The notes beneath the pieces are model-generated. The model did no database searches, was not told where the DNA came from, and saw only the letters and a list, made by a program, of their open reading frames with translations. Below, one piece after another: positions 25,567 to 38,034 of a stretch of 64,000 bases of DNA (position 1 is the first letter of the stretch; each line of letters opens with the position of its first letter). A program made the translations under genes and the position numbers. Source of the DNA: Lytechinus pictus (lineage: Eukaryota); NCBI RefSeq assembly GCF_037042905.1, contig NC_087252.1, forward strand, positions 10,046,001 through 10,110,000. The letters are read 5' to 3'.

Positions 25567-28241
25567 GGGGGGCACATCCCCATCATCCAACCCCCCCCCC
25601 CCGTGCGCGCAATCGCGCACGCTGTGGCGCCAAATTTAGTTGGCTAATTAAGCTGGTACATCCCCCCCCCACATAATTATTCTGGCTACGGCCCTGCCCC
25701 TACATTGTTATATTCAAGTAGCAGAATTAGGAGTAAAAATAGTAAGGTAATATCTAGCAATAGAAACTGCTATTGGAGTAATACATTTAGTACTTGTGGC
25801 GGAGGTAGCATCAATCATTCAGTTTCAGCACGTCATTTCATTTTCTTTTATTCTGTCATTGTGTTTTCACTTTTCATTATTTTTTTGTATTCCCCTTAAA
25901 TTCCACTCTTTTATGATTTTCATCATGATAAACAACTATAATTAGAATGATAATAATAATTATGCTGGCAACAACACCAACAATAATTGTTACTGTAATC
26001 ATCATTATTATTGAAAAGTGAGAAACAAAGAAAACGTTAATGGAAAAAAAAATGTGAAGAATAAAAGAAAAGGGAAATTCCCTTATGTCTCGTTGATTTA
26101 TTGTCAATACTCCACGCGATTATCGTCAATTGTACTGGTCTCAGTTGTACAAATTTGAATTTAAAGAGTGAATATTTGATCATAATGGTCGCGTCTTATC
26201 ACCACGGGTTTGCTGATCCCTAAAGTAAGAAAAATGGGAGTGAAAGGAGAGAGAGAAAGAGAGAGAACAGAAAAAAGGAAAGGAAAAGGGGCGAGATATT
26301 TTCGTTAAATGGATATTGGGTCCAAATATATTACGAAATTCGATTGTTTGTATTAAGAAGGTGATTTTTTTTTCTCACTTGCCCCACTCGCTCCCAAGTA
26401 CTGTAGAAATTGTGCCCTTGGAATTCGTAACGCTACTGTAAGAAAGATCCAGGTAGACAAAGAAAAGTGGAAGAATGAAAGTAAAGTATGTGGAAAGGAA
26501 GTAGACTGAGAAGAATAAGAAAAGAACACGAGAACATGAAATTATAATCATTACAATGACAATGAAAGTTGTAAAAATATCTTTCAAAATTTAACATGAT
26601 TATAGGCTATTTTTAACGGATTGTAATTACGAAAGTTTATCTTAGGGATTCTAAAAAAATATATCGAGTAACGATATGAGTGGTAACGTTTTTTATTATG
26701 TCGGACAGCATTCTACGCAAATAATATCATGGCATTTAGTTAAAAGGGTAATAACAGGGAGACAGTAATATTAATAGTGAGAGAAAAAAAGAACGAAAGC
26801 GAAAGATAGAGAGATGGACAGAGAGTCGGGGGGGGGGGGGGCACTAGAACGCTGCTGTTGGGTAGGGTATTTTTTTTTAATATATTATGGTTATAGTCAG
26901 GATGACACCCACATAAAATATTTAGACAAAATTGAAATGAAAAACAAGAATCACCATCCGTTAGGAAATGAAATAGCGTCATGTCAAAGCAAAAAAAAGA
27001 TGAAAAAAATGATTTACATGGAGACAAATAGTTACAGGAAAAAAATGATATCTCGAATAAGAGGAAAGGGGAGAAAGAGCAAAAGAGAATTGATATACGT
27101 GGGGGCACAAAGAGATTAATCAAATAACGATCAACATCACGCTACACCTTGTCCCAAATTTTGGAACTACTTTGACTGGCGGAAGAATGAGGACCTTTTT
27201 ACCGTTCAGATGATGAGTTTGATCCCGTTTGGAGAGGTCGTCATGAATGCCGATTTTTATTATTTTGTTTTCCTAATGAGCCAGTCGAGGTACCTTTTTT
27301 GATCTGATGTGGAATGGCAAATATGTACCCTATCAACTGGCACATCCCTATCAGCCCCCCCCCCCCCCCGTGCGCGCAATCGCGCACGCTGTCGCGCCAA
27401 ATTTAGTTGGCTAATTAAGCTGGTACAACCCCCACATAATTATTCTGGCTACGGCCCTGCCCCTACATTGTTATATTCAAGTAGCAGAAGTAGGAGTAAA
27501 AATAGTAAGGTAATAGCTATCAATAGAAACTGCTATTGGAGTAGTATATTTAGCACTTGTGGCAAGTGGCGTAACTACGGGGGGGGGGGGCATGGGGGGC
27601 ACGTACCCCCCCCCCCCCCCCCAATCGGCTGAACAAAGAAAAGGGGGGAAAGGAGAAAAAAGAGGGAGAAAGGAAGAGAAACGTAGTGGGAAAGAAAAAA
27701 TTATCATTCATTATGTTATATTATTATAAATTATGTAACGCTATATTACATAAGAAACATTTTTATCATAACTTTATGAAGCATAATTTGCTCAGGGCCT
27801 ATATCTTCATTGTTCCTGGTGCTCGCATTGTCTGTTTAACGAGATATATAATCCTGTTGTACTAAAACCTCCCGTTTTCAAGTCATATACACCAAATATA
27901 TTTTCTCGCACTTTCAGTTATTATTGTTTTTTGTAGTGACATTGGCCCCCTATGCTTCTTTTTTCATAACTACTTAAACTGATTGCCCCATGTTAAGGTC
28001 TTAATATAAAGCATTTCCTGTTCTTGATTACGTTTGCATTAGTGGATTGGCGAGATATGTCTGCTCTCCATTAATTCCTAAAATCAGTCCTTAAACTGTC
28101 CCTTTTTCTGGATATCAAAAATTTTCAGCTCGCGCTTCGCGCTCGCATCATTTGGTCAGTGAAATACGTATGGTTTAGTGAATTCCTACAAACAAGCCTT
28201 AAAATGCCCCTCTTGAGATAAGAATTTCCTTCATTTTCAGC

Positions 28242-29737
28242 CAATGGCGTAAATCCCGGGGGGATGGGGGGATATATCCCCCCCCCCCACTTTTCGAGGA
28301 GGGGGGATGGCCTGTACAAACATCCCCCCCACTTTTTACGAAATAAATGAAAAAAAATCACAAAAGATAATTGTTTTATTGGTGAAAATTCTTCCCAAAA
28401 TACCGCTTAACAACTAAAACAATATTATTGAATAATAAAATGCTAATGAAGAGCCAATTCACCATTTCCAAACGAAATACTTATGTCCTTATTATAACAT
28501 TGAAGAGAAACCTCCCTTTGCTTCCAATTCATCAATGTTGGGGTCTTTGGGAAGGGAATAAGATGGAATGTCAATTTTTTTTAATATAATCTCTAATAAA
28601 ACCATTAAACCATCATGGGGTAAAAAGGATAATAATATTGGAGGGGTATTTGCCATATGGACATACAGTGGCGTAACTACGGGGGGCATGGGGGCACACC
28701 CCCCCCCCCCCCCCCCCCCATCGGCTGACCAAAAAAAAACGGGGAAAGGGGGAAAATGAGAAAAGAGGGAGAAAGGAAGAGAAACGTAGTGGGAAAGAAG
28801 AAAATATTATTCATTATAATGTTATATTATATTATAATTATGTTATGTTACATTATACATAAGAAACATTTTTATCATGATTTTATGAAACATAATTTGC
28901 CCAGGGCCTACGTCTTCATTGTTCCTGGTGCTCGCATTGTCTGTTTAACGAGATATATAATCCTGTTGTACTAAAACATCCCGTTTTCAAGTCAATATAA
29001 ACCAAATATATTTCCTAGCACTTGAGTTATCATTGTTTTATGTAGTGACATATGCTTCTTTTTCATGACTAAAAAAGTGATTGCTCCATGTTAAGGTCTT
29101 CGTATATATGAAACATTTCATTTCCGTGATTACGTTCGCATTAGTGGATTGGTGAGATATGTCTGCTCTTAATGAATTCCTAAAATCAATCCTTAAAATG
29201 TCCCTTCTTCTGAACTGAATGTATCAAAAATTTTGAGCTCGCGCTGGCATCATTTGGTTAATGAAATACGTATGGTCCTAGTTAATTCCTACAAAGAAAC
29301 CTTAGAATGCCCCACTTCAGGTCTGAATTATCTAAATTTTTAGCTCGCGCTTCGCGCTCGCATTGTTTAGCGAGACAGGTACATATCATGATTACACAAA
29401 TTTGATGATAATGTCCCTTTTTAGGTGTGAATATAAATCAATTCGCTCGCATTATTTGATCAGTGAGATACATACCCGTTTAATGACATTGTCCTTAAAA
29501 TGTCTCTATGAGGTCAGTATAACTAACAACTGAGCGCGCTTCGCGCGCTCATTAGCGCACTCACTCGGTGATTCAACAATTTTGCTGATGCCCCCCCCCC
29601 CCAATGCCGTGACCCACGATACGCCACTGTGGACATATCATTGACAATTCCTTGCATATCTAAAAACATGATTGAAAAAAAAATGCCAAAATATTTCAGT
29701 TATCCCCCCCACCCATCAACACGGATTTACGCCAGTG
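28242..29737. mobile_element. hAT MITE family B (middle element of the nest)
   Basis: TIRs CAATGGCGTAAATCC / GGATTTACGCCAGTG. TSD TTTTCAGC at 28234-28241 and 29738-29745. Confidence 0.92.
28666..29629 (+). mobile_element. hAT MITE family A (inner element of the nest)
   Basis: TIRs CAGTGGCGTA / TACGCCACTG. TSD TGGACATA at 28658-28665 and 29630-29637. Confidence 0.92.
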
Positions 29738-31207
29738 TTTTCAGCTCACGCTTCGTGCTCGCAATATCTGATTAGTGAGATGCGTATGTTGATTACAATG
29801 ACTACAAGTGCTTCACGTGTTTAGATGTAATTCTAACAAAATCAGCAAGCTCTTGGTACTCGCATTAGATGACTATGGTGAGATATGTATACACTCAATT
29901 GATTCCTAAAATACAGTCCTTAAAATCTCCCTGTTTGGGGACAATATATAAAAAAAATCAGCTCGCGTTTCGCGCTCGCATTGTTAGCGAGACAGGTACG
30001 TATCATGATTACAAAAAATTGATTATAATGTTCCTTTTTAGGTCTGAATATCAACAATTTTCAGCTCGCGCTTTGCGCTCGCAATATTTGATCAGTGAGA
30101 TACATATTCGTTTAATGGCATTATCCTTAGAATGTCTCTATTAGGTCAGTATACCTGGCAACTGAGCGCGCTTCGCGCGCTCACTAATTGACTCAAAATT
30201 TTTGCTGGTGCCCCCCCCCCCCAATGCCGCGACCCACGGTACGCCACTGCTTGTGGCGGAGGTAGCATCAATCATTCAGTTTCAGCACATCATTTCATTT
30301 TGTTTTATTCTGTCATTGTGTTTTCCCTTTTCAATATTTTTTTCATATTCCCCTTAAATTCCACTCTTTTATGATTTTCATCATGATAAACAACTATAAT
30401 TATAATGATGATAATAATTATGCTGGCAACAACACCAACAATAATTGTTACTGTTATCATCATTATTATTGAAAAGTGACAAACAAAGAAGACGTTAATG
30501 GAAAAAAATGTGAAGAATAAAAGAAAAGGGAAATTCCCTTATGTCTCGTTGATCTATTGTCAATCCTCGACGCGATTATCGTCAATTGTACTGGTCTCAG
30601 TTGTACAAATTTGAATTTAAAGAGTGAATATTTGATCATAATTTTCGCGTCTTATCACCACGGGTTTGCTGATCCCTAAAGTAAGAAAAATGGGAATGAA
30701 AGGAGAGAGATAAAGAGAATGAATGGAATGGCAAATATGTACCCTATCAACTGGTAGTAAACATTCAACTCTCTGATATTTAGCTTTTGTCGATGTCTGC
30801 GTTTGCGGAGCAGGGGTTGCCGCACCCTTTAAAGAAAACCGGGGAAGCTTTTCACGAAAGGGTGGGGTAAGAGAAGGAAATCAAATTAACGCACCTTTTC
30901 GAGACAACCGGGGGACCTTTACAAAAAACGCTGTGCTGAGTAGTACCTTGTACCATTTGATTATTTGTGTGTAGGTATGTAGCCATATGTGTGAGCTGAG
31001 GGTGTGTGTGCGTGTAACTGAGAAAGGAAAAACGGATTAAAAACACATTTTTTTCTTCAAAAATCATGAAGGTATATTCATTTTCAATAGTCGTCGCGGT
31101 GCACAGGCCCATATACATGTACGCGTCGACTTGGTTGCCCTACATGAAAACAATTATAATACTACTAGCAGGTAACGATGGAAAGCCAGTTTCAAAGTAA
31201 TTTGCTT

Positions 31208-31420
31208 TAGTGGCGTACATACGGGGGGGGGAGGCTTGGGGCGCTTATCCCCAAAAATTGTTCACGACCAAGAAAACAAAAAGAGAGAAGGGTGAAATAT
31301 CATGACATATTTTTTTTATAGAAATGTATAAACTTTCACAATAAAAAAATAATAAATTGCCCAATATGCCATAACTGGCCCCTCAAAATTAGTGAAAGTT
31401 AGTGTCTCACTACACCACTG
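31208..31420. mobile_element. Short hAT MITE
   Basis: TAGTGGCGTA...TACACCACTG, with flanks ATTTGCTT / ATTTGTTT (7/8 TSD match). Confidence 0.7.
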
Positions 31421-32570
31421 ATTTGTTTTATCACACTTTTATTAATTCAATTGTTCAGTATGGCTTTATGGAATTGTGAAGGATCTAGAATTTGGGCGCT
31501 GTTTTAGACAATAATAATAATTATTATTATTATCATTTGTTTAAATTTTCGACGTTGGTTTATTATAATACAATAAAAATGGCCTATTGTCGATAGCCCT
31601 ATACAAAATTTAGAGACTCAACGTAAAAAGGTATACAAAAACATGGCAAGAGATGGGTTTGTAATGCCTGCCCTATGACACCCCTTGAAAATAATACGAG
31701 GGAATGCGTTGACTACGGAGAAAATGATTCAAGTAAAACCTTTTATGTGGGCAAGTTATGTTTGAAAAACATCTGAAAGCGCTCTAAAACCACCAAACTT
31801 GACATGAAAATACCATTGAAGTTAGAAAATGTAATTTTGTTGGTGTTCTTTACGTGTAAAAGTCTGCATTATAAGTGCGCACAGAGCGCGCCGAAAATTT
31901 GGGGTTATTGTCCAAAACATGGAGAGACATTCTTGATTCTAAACTATATGTTTTATTAGTTTAGCATCAATCTAGAAGTATATGGCGACAGAGACATTTC
32001 CAGAAAAAAAATATGTATCCTAAACAATGACAAAAATTCGGAGCTCGTTTGACAAAACCACTGATATGTTTAAAGTTAAAACTTCAATTTTATGGCATAA
32101 GTATATTATTCGTGGTTATATTCGTGGTGGGTAAATATATATGGAGGGTAATGAGAAAAAATGCAAGGTAGTCTATTATATTGCAGGAGATCATAGCCTT
32201 CATAAACTCGCACTTTAAGAGAGCATTAATATTTTCTGCATTTAGATGCTATTTTTGTGAGGGAGCATTTAGCGACCGAGCGAGAAAATTTTCGAATTTG
32301 AGTAGTAAAAACTTTGAATTTAGATCACTTGACAACATGAATGGAATGCTGCATTAATCAATACATATATGCATATATGATCTACATTATTAAACATCAA
32401 TTTGCTTTCTTTGTGGTCAATGTTTGTGTGTGTGTAGGGAGCTTCAGTCCGTAACCACCCCCCCCCCCCCCGCGCCCTCTCCTAAGACTGCGCCTGCTAG
32501 CATTACTTCATTAAAATTTTATTCAAATTCACGAAAAATGGCAAGCTCTCTTCTTTTTTTCTCCTATAAT

Positions 32571-32843
32571 CAGTGGCGTAATGAGCCCAAGACTTTGAGG
32601 GGGCCAGAAATGTCGTATCGTGCAAAATTTAATAAAAGTTGTGAAAGAGCAAGAAAATGTTCAAGATTGTTACAAAAATCATATTTTGTATCATATTTGA
32701 CATAGAAATTTAAGAAAATTATATAGTTCACCTTAATCTCTTTTCTTTCACTCCTATCCCCTTTTTTGTTGGGGGTTGTTAATTATTTTGATTTGTGGGG
32801 GGAGGCAAGCGCCTCTAAGCCCCACGTCATTTGTAAGCTACTG
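32571..32843. mobile_element. Short hAT MITE
   Basis: CAGTGGCGTA...TAAGCTACTG, with flanks CCTATAAT / CCAATAAT. Homologous to 15537-15796. Confidence 0.7.
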
Positions 32844-33599
32844 CCAATAATCTATAAATATATGATAATATATGATTATATTGCTGTTATTATTTGATGA
32901 ATAATTTTCATTAAAACAACTGCTGAAAAAAAATACTAAACACACCCTTTCAAGAAAAACTCCCCTGGTTTTCACAACAGGGCGTGGCTATCTCCGCTAC
33001 GCCTACGCAGACGATTGTAACAAGCCCTCAAATTGTATCCTGATTTTTTTTTATTGCCGCTGTAACACACGAGTTTATGGCGAATGTTTTACGCTCGTGA
33101 AACCTTCAAACAATGTACTTACTTATTCTCTAGTCAGTTGATATGTATGTACAAACAATTTACTACTTATTACAAATTATCCTGTCAGGAAAAGGCTGTC
33201 CAAAGTTTTCTTGAAAGTCTACGATTATGAATTGTGTTAGGGTATCATCAATACAATCTCAGAAACTTGTAATATTTTATTTTTTAATCAGTCAAATATT
33301 TTGGTTGTATGTTGGGTCATTATGTTTTACTTTTGACATATCTATTGTACCCCTCGGTACTAGTTTTATTTGTCTTTGAAATCATCAGCACATCAGAATA
33401 CTTTACACAAATATATACTTCTTGGATTTTCCCTTTTTCTGTGAAGAAGATCCACAGCAAAATGAAACAGCAAGTTGTAAATGGGAAAGAAATTTTACAA
33501 AATAAATATTGCATTCTCTTACGATTGCTTAGTATGTTCCATTAACACCCCTCCCCCAGCCAAAAAGATATATATATATATATCTACATATATATTCAT

Positions 33600-33890
33600 A
33601 CCTTGGTCAGTTCGGTCTACTACCGTCGGTTTCACGCTTTCGGCGATCTTCAGGCAGACTGATGATTTGACGACTTGGTTGTGTCTGCGTGCTGCGATGG
33701 GTCGTCACACAATGTGTGACATTGGTTTTCTGGAGGTCTTTGCCGATGTCTGTGGCGGCACTTTGATATTATTTCTGACCTTTTGTTGAGGCACTCTTTG
33801 CTATTGGTGATAATTATATACTTCTCTTCTAGGCAGAGATTGCAGAGCCCACTCTTTCTTAGGTTAGTGTTAGACTTCTTCTCTATCGTG
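33600..33890 (-). mobile_element. 3' fragment of a Penelope-like element (ORF C-terminus and hammerhead) ending in a (TA)n tract
   Basis: Uninterrupted minus frame TIEKKSNTNLRKSGLCNLCLEEKYIIITNSKECLNKRSEIISKCRH...NHQSA*. The CxLCLxEK..LNxRSE..SKCRH pattern is what I recognise as a PLE endonuclease-side C-terminus. Confidence 0.75.
33615..33659 (-). ncRNA. Type I hammerhead ribozyme
   Basis: GUCUGC CUGAAGA U CGC CGAAA GCG U GAAA C CGACG GUA GUAGAC. Stem I is GUCUGC/GUAGAC, the core boxes CUGANGA and GAAA are present, stem III is ACC/GGU and the cleavage triplet is GUA. Confidence 0.8.
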
Positions 33891-33894
33891 GGAC

Positions 33895-35560
33895 ATGAAA
33901 TTTACGTTTTCATGCAAAATTGACTAAATTCACCTTGATTTCATCTATATAATTTTTTGTTTATTTCACCCACATTTTTGTTTCCTTTCACAAAGGTTTG
34001 TTCCGATGTATAAAAGTCATCAATATAGGTTAAAAATGATCATAGTTAAAGGAGAATGAAACCCTTGAAACCAGCTGAATCCATATCAAAGAGAAAAATC
34101 AAAGAAACATATTGTTGAAAGTTTGAGGAAGATTGAATGAATAATAAGAAAGTTATGAGCATTTGAATATTGAGATCGCTAATGCCATGTAAATCCTCCT
34201 ATTGGCAATGCGACCAAGATCTGTGATGTCACACACGTACAACTCCCTCATTACTTTAGTAGATATTTCACTTATATTCTCACTTTTATAGAGTCTATCA
34301 CAAGGTGAGGTGTTCTCTTTATGAGAGGACAAGTACAGAGGTTTCACAACATTATATCATTGATGAATCGTTTGTCATATGATTAGAATGAGCAAAAAGA
34401 GATGTTTTGGGGTATATTTTCAGTCTCCAAAAGGGGAGAGTTGTTCATCTGTGACATCATAGATCTTGGTCGCATTGCCAATGGGAGGATCTCCATAGCA
34501 TTAGTGATCTAGACATTCAAATGCTCATAACTCTTCTATTGCTAGTCCTATTTTACTCAAACTTTTGTTGATCTTATTCTTTGATTTTTCTGCTTTCACA
34601 AAAGCTAACTTGCTCCAAGAGTTTCATTCTCCTTTAAAAAATAATCCTGCAGATTTCTTCTATTTCTAACGAATTGATATTTTGAAGGATTAAGTCCCTT
34701 TTGCATGAAAAATCAAGACGGGTAACACATGTACAGAAGGTTTAACGTGAACGTATTCCTCTTCCCCCAACCTTCCCATTGTGAGTCTAGGTATTGAAAT
34801 GGTTTACAAGTCTGTTTACAGGATGAAGCTTTATCTGACATAGCACAACTTGAAACAGGTTTTCATGCAAAAGGGACTAAATTCATAATAATTATAATAA
34901 ATAAAGAAACGTTACAAATTAAAAGACACCTGCAGGATCTTTTCAATTGTCACTTTTGTTGCCTATATTGATGACTCTCCGACAAAGATCAAGAACTTCC
35001 TGAAAAGAAACATAGGTTTTGGTGAAAAAAATAATCATTTATGAAGAATGAGCAAAGGTGGATTTATTCCCTTTTGCATGTAGACTCTTTATTCATATGC
35101 AGAGATGGAGAACTCCATTGGTCTCTTTAATTGGTCTTGTTGCATTTTTTTCCAATATCAGATTTATTGAAATGGTTTACAAGTCTGCTTATTAGTTACA
35201 GGAAGAAGCTATATATGACATAGCACAACTTGAATTATGTTTTATGCAAACTGGACTAAATATATAATAATTATAGATTAAAAAACAAACATTAAAAAAT
35301 AAAGGACATCTGCATGATTTTTTAAATTGTCATTTTTTTGTTGCCTAAATGGATGATTCTTCGGCATAGATCAAGAACTTCCTGAAAAGAAATATAAATT
35401 TGGGTGAAATGAAAAAAATCTTCATTTATGAAGAATGAGCAAAAGTGGATTTACTCCCTTTTGTATGTAGACTCTTTATCCATATGAAGAGATGCAGAAT
35501 TTAATTGGTCTCTTCAATTGGTCTTGTAGCATTTATTTCCAATATCAGACGTATTGAATT
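33895..35560. repeat. Foldback-like repeat with a ~370-bp tandem duplication
   Basis: 34790-35160 aligns with 35165-35560, and 33900-34045 is the reverse complement of ~34945-35080. Confidence 0.6.
34050..34633. mobile_element. Kolobok-type MITE
   Basis: TTAA TSD at 34046-34049 and 34634-34637. TIRs AGGAGAATGAAAC / GTTTCATTCTCCT with long imperfect internal inverted arms. Confidence 0.85.
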
Positions 35561-36061
35561 GATTGCGGCTAAACAAAAAATATACACTATAGGAAATGGT
35601 CCCCTGTTGAGTCCCCTGTTGTAATTTTTGTAATGCATATTTAATCAAAACCACCGGTTATATTTATGTTGTTAATAGCCTGTATCACTTTTCACTTTTG
35701 ATTGTAGTGTTTCCCTTTGAATTATTGTTCTTCAATGTAGCAAGATCTTTTGATATTGTCTGATTATTGTTCCTTTTATTTCATAAAATTATGAAAATTA
35801 ATAGAAACAAATCTTCAAAATATAAATTAAAAAAAAATGTTTAAAGTCAAGCTTAAACGCACGACCCATTCTCCATATTAGGTGGTAACAATCCGGGGCT
35901 TGTAACACAAAGCTTTGTAATGATCGTAAAACATTTTTCTACGATTAATTGCAAATACTACAATATGCAATCAATCGTGAAAGTCAAACGTACGATAAAT
36001 CGTTAACCTATGTGTTACGGAGCCCAGGGGGCCGTTTAATAAAAAGTTGCAACTTTTGTTA

Positions 36062-36680
36062 GGCTTCAGTCACAACTCAGAGCGGCGACCGACCGATTAA
36101 TAGCCTGCTCGGGAGCCGCTGGAATTCAGGCATTGCCGAACGATTTTTATAGTTGTCGAGCGGGCTGTAAAATACTTAGCTGTGGCCGAGCAGTGCCCGG
36201 TCGATTATTCATTACTCAAGGCCAAATTTGGGTCAAATCGGGAAACTTATCTGTTTTGGCGTCCGAGGAGTGATCGGCTTACGACCCACCAAATCCCGGG
36301 CGGTCCCCCACCGGCCATCGGCATATCTTTAGGTAATCTTCCGTCCGATCTTGAATTCGCCGCCAGATTATCGACCGATCTCTGACCGGCCGGCGACCGG
36401 TCGATGACCGATCGACAGCTGTTGATCCAACGAGTTCAATTTTGAACCTAAATCGTTCGACGGTGACCGCTCGATTACGTCGGCGCCCGGACGGCGACCA
36501 ACCGGGCGCCGAGCGTATTTCAGGCGGCGAGTGAAAAGTGAGCAGGCACCGCCTGAATTTTTACTCTGCGCTAAACCTAGAGCGGCGACCGAGCGATGCC
36601 CCCAAAACCAGTGGTGCCCGGACGGCCGCCGGTCGGTGCCCGGGCGAAATTGGCTTAATTTTGGACTTGTGACCATAGTC
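36062..36680. mobile_element. GC-rich PIF/Harbinger-like MITE
   Basis: Ends GGCTTCAGTCACA / TGTGACCATAGTC with TTA/TAA flanks. The interior is CpG-rich with repeated CGACCG/CCGG motifs. Confidence 0.65.
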
Positions 36681-37174
36681 TAACTTTGCCATTATGACAA
36701 ATACCGTGGTAATACCGTGGCAGTTCGTATTTTAGATATATGGGAATTTCAAAATCAAACATGACGCAATATCTGTTATAAAAAATGAGCCTTAATTCAT
36801 ATTTTTCCATAAAAATAAATCGGATATTGTTTTTATCATGTATAATAAGACCTTGATGATAAATCAGTCATTTTAGTCATAAACTGTTAACTTTAGGAAT
36901 AGATAAATAACTGTGTGTAGTTGTATATATACATATATATGAGGGTGTGTGCGTGTGTGTGTGACCTACCACTCAATACCACCAATAAGTCGCCAGGTTA
37001 GATTCTCCGTAAATAGCCAAAATAGTAATTTACTCTCCAAAACCCCCCCAAAAAAATGCGTATCTGAAAGGACGATGCTTCTTCTTCATACTGTGAAAAT
37101 ATGAGTCGTGAACTTGAATAAAAGAAAAGATACAAGAGTTTCTTTCACACTACTTTTTTAGACTGCTTAGGACA

Positions 37175-38034
37175 GACCTGATGGTCTGTCAGGTAAACTT
37201 CTTAAGTTGTGTGCACAGCAGTTATGCCACATTTTCTGTAGGTTATTCCAATGGTCTTTTGATGTTTCTCATGTACCCAATATTTGGAAATGCTCAAAAA
37301 TCATTCCAATTCCAAAGGTTCCTAAGCCTACTACACTTAATGATTTCAGACCAGTTGCTCTTACGCCTGTTATAATGAAGTGTTTCGAAAAACTGGTTAA
37401 GGAAACTCTGGCTAAGCAGACTAGGGATTACCTTGACCCACTTCAGTTTGCATATAGGAATAACAGATCTGTTGATGATGCTATAACCTACTTGTTACAT
37501 ACAATAATCAAACATTTAGAGCAGAGTAAATCTTATGTCAGAGTTTTGTATATCGATTTCTCTTCAGCCTTTAATACCATTGTACCAAAGGTTTTAATAG
37601 AGAAGCTACACTCTGTAATGAAAGTTAACCCGTATCTGTCATTGTGGATAGGTGATTTTATGACTAATCGGGTACAACAAGTTCACCATGGAGAAGTAGC
37701 CTCCGACAGTAGGACACTGAATGTAGGTGCACCGCAGGGTTGTGTTTTAAGTCCCATTTTGTGTTCACTATTAACCAGTGATAGTCCAGTTAGCCCATCT
37801 TGCCATGTTTTGAAATATGCTGATGACACATGTATAGTAGGATTAATTCAGAATAATGAAGAAACAGCATACAGGAAGTGTGTTGATGATTTTGTCGAAT
37901 GGTGTCAACAGACATCACTGATTCTAAATACCCAGAAAACCAAAGAGATGGCATTGGACTTTCGTAAAACTGGCAGAAGGGACAATGAGATTATCACCAT
38001 AGGGGGAAGTGCAATAGAACAGGTGTCAAAGTAG
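37175..38034 (+). pseudogene. LINE RT fragment, Rex1/Babar-like, truncated at both ends
   Basis: Open 275-aa ORF with LNDFRPVALTPVIMKCFEKLV, LDPLQFAYR, DFSSAFNTI, GAPQGCVLSP and KYADDT. Confidence 0.9.

Larger units (their letters stand above)
27564..30249 (+). mobile_element. hAT MITE family A (outer element of a nest)
   Basis: 8-bp TSD CTTGTGGC at 27556-27563 and 30250-30257. Ends AAGTGGCGTA / TACGCCACTG. Empty site at ~25793. Confidence 0.92.
25572..30754 (+). repeat. Tandem duplication, units ~25572-27338 and ~27339-30754
   Basis: 25572-26260 matches 27339-27563 plus 30250-30720. Both units end TGGAATGGCAAATATGTACCCTATCAACTGG. Confidence 0.85.

Noticed and set aside
36182..36676. GC-rich ORFs / CpG-island promoter
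   Set aside because: They are bounded by Harbinger-like TIRs and explained as MITE interior.
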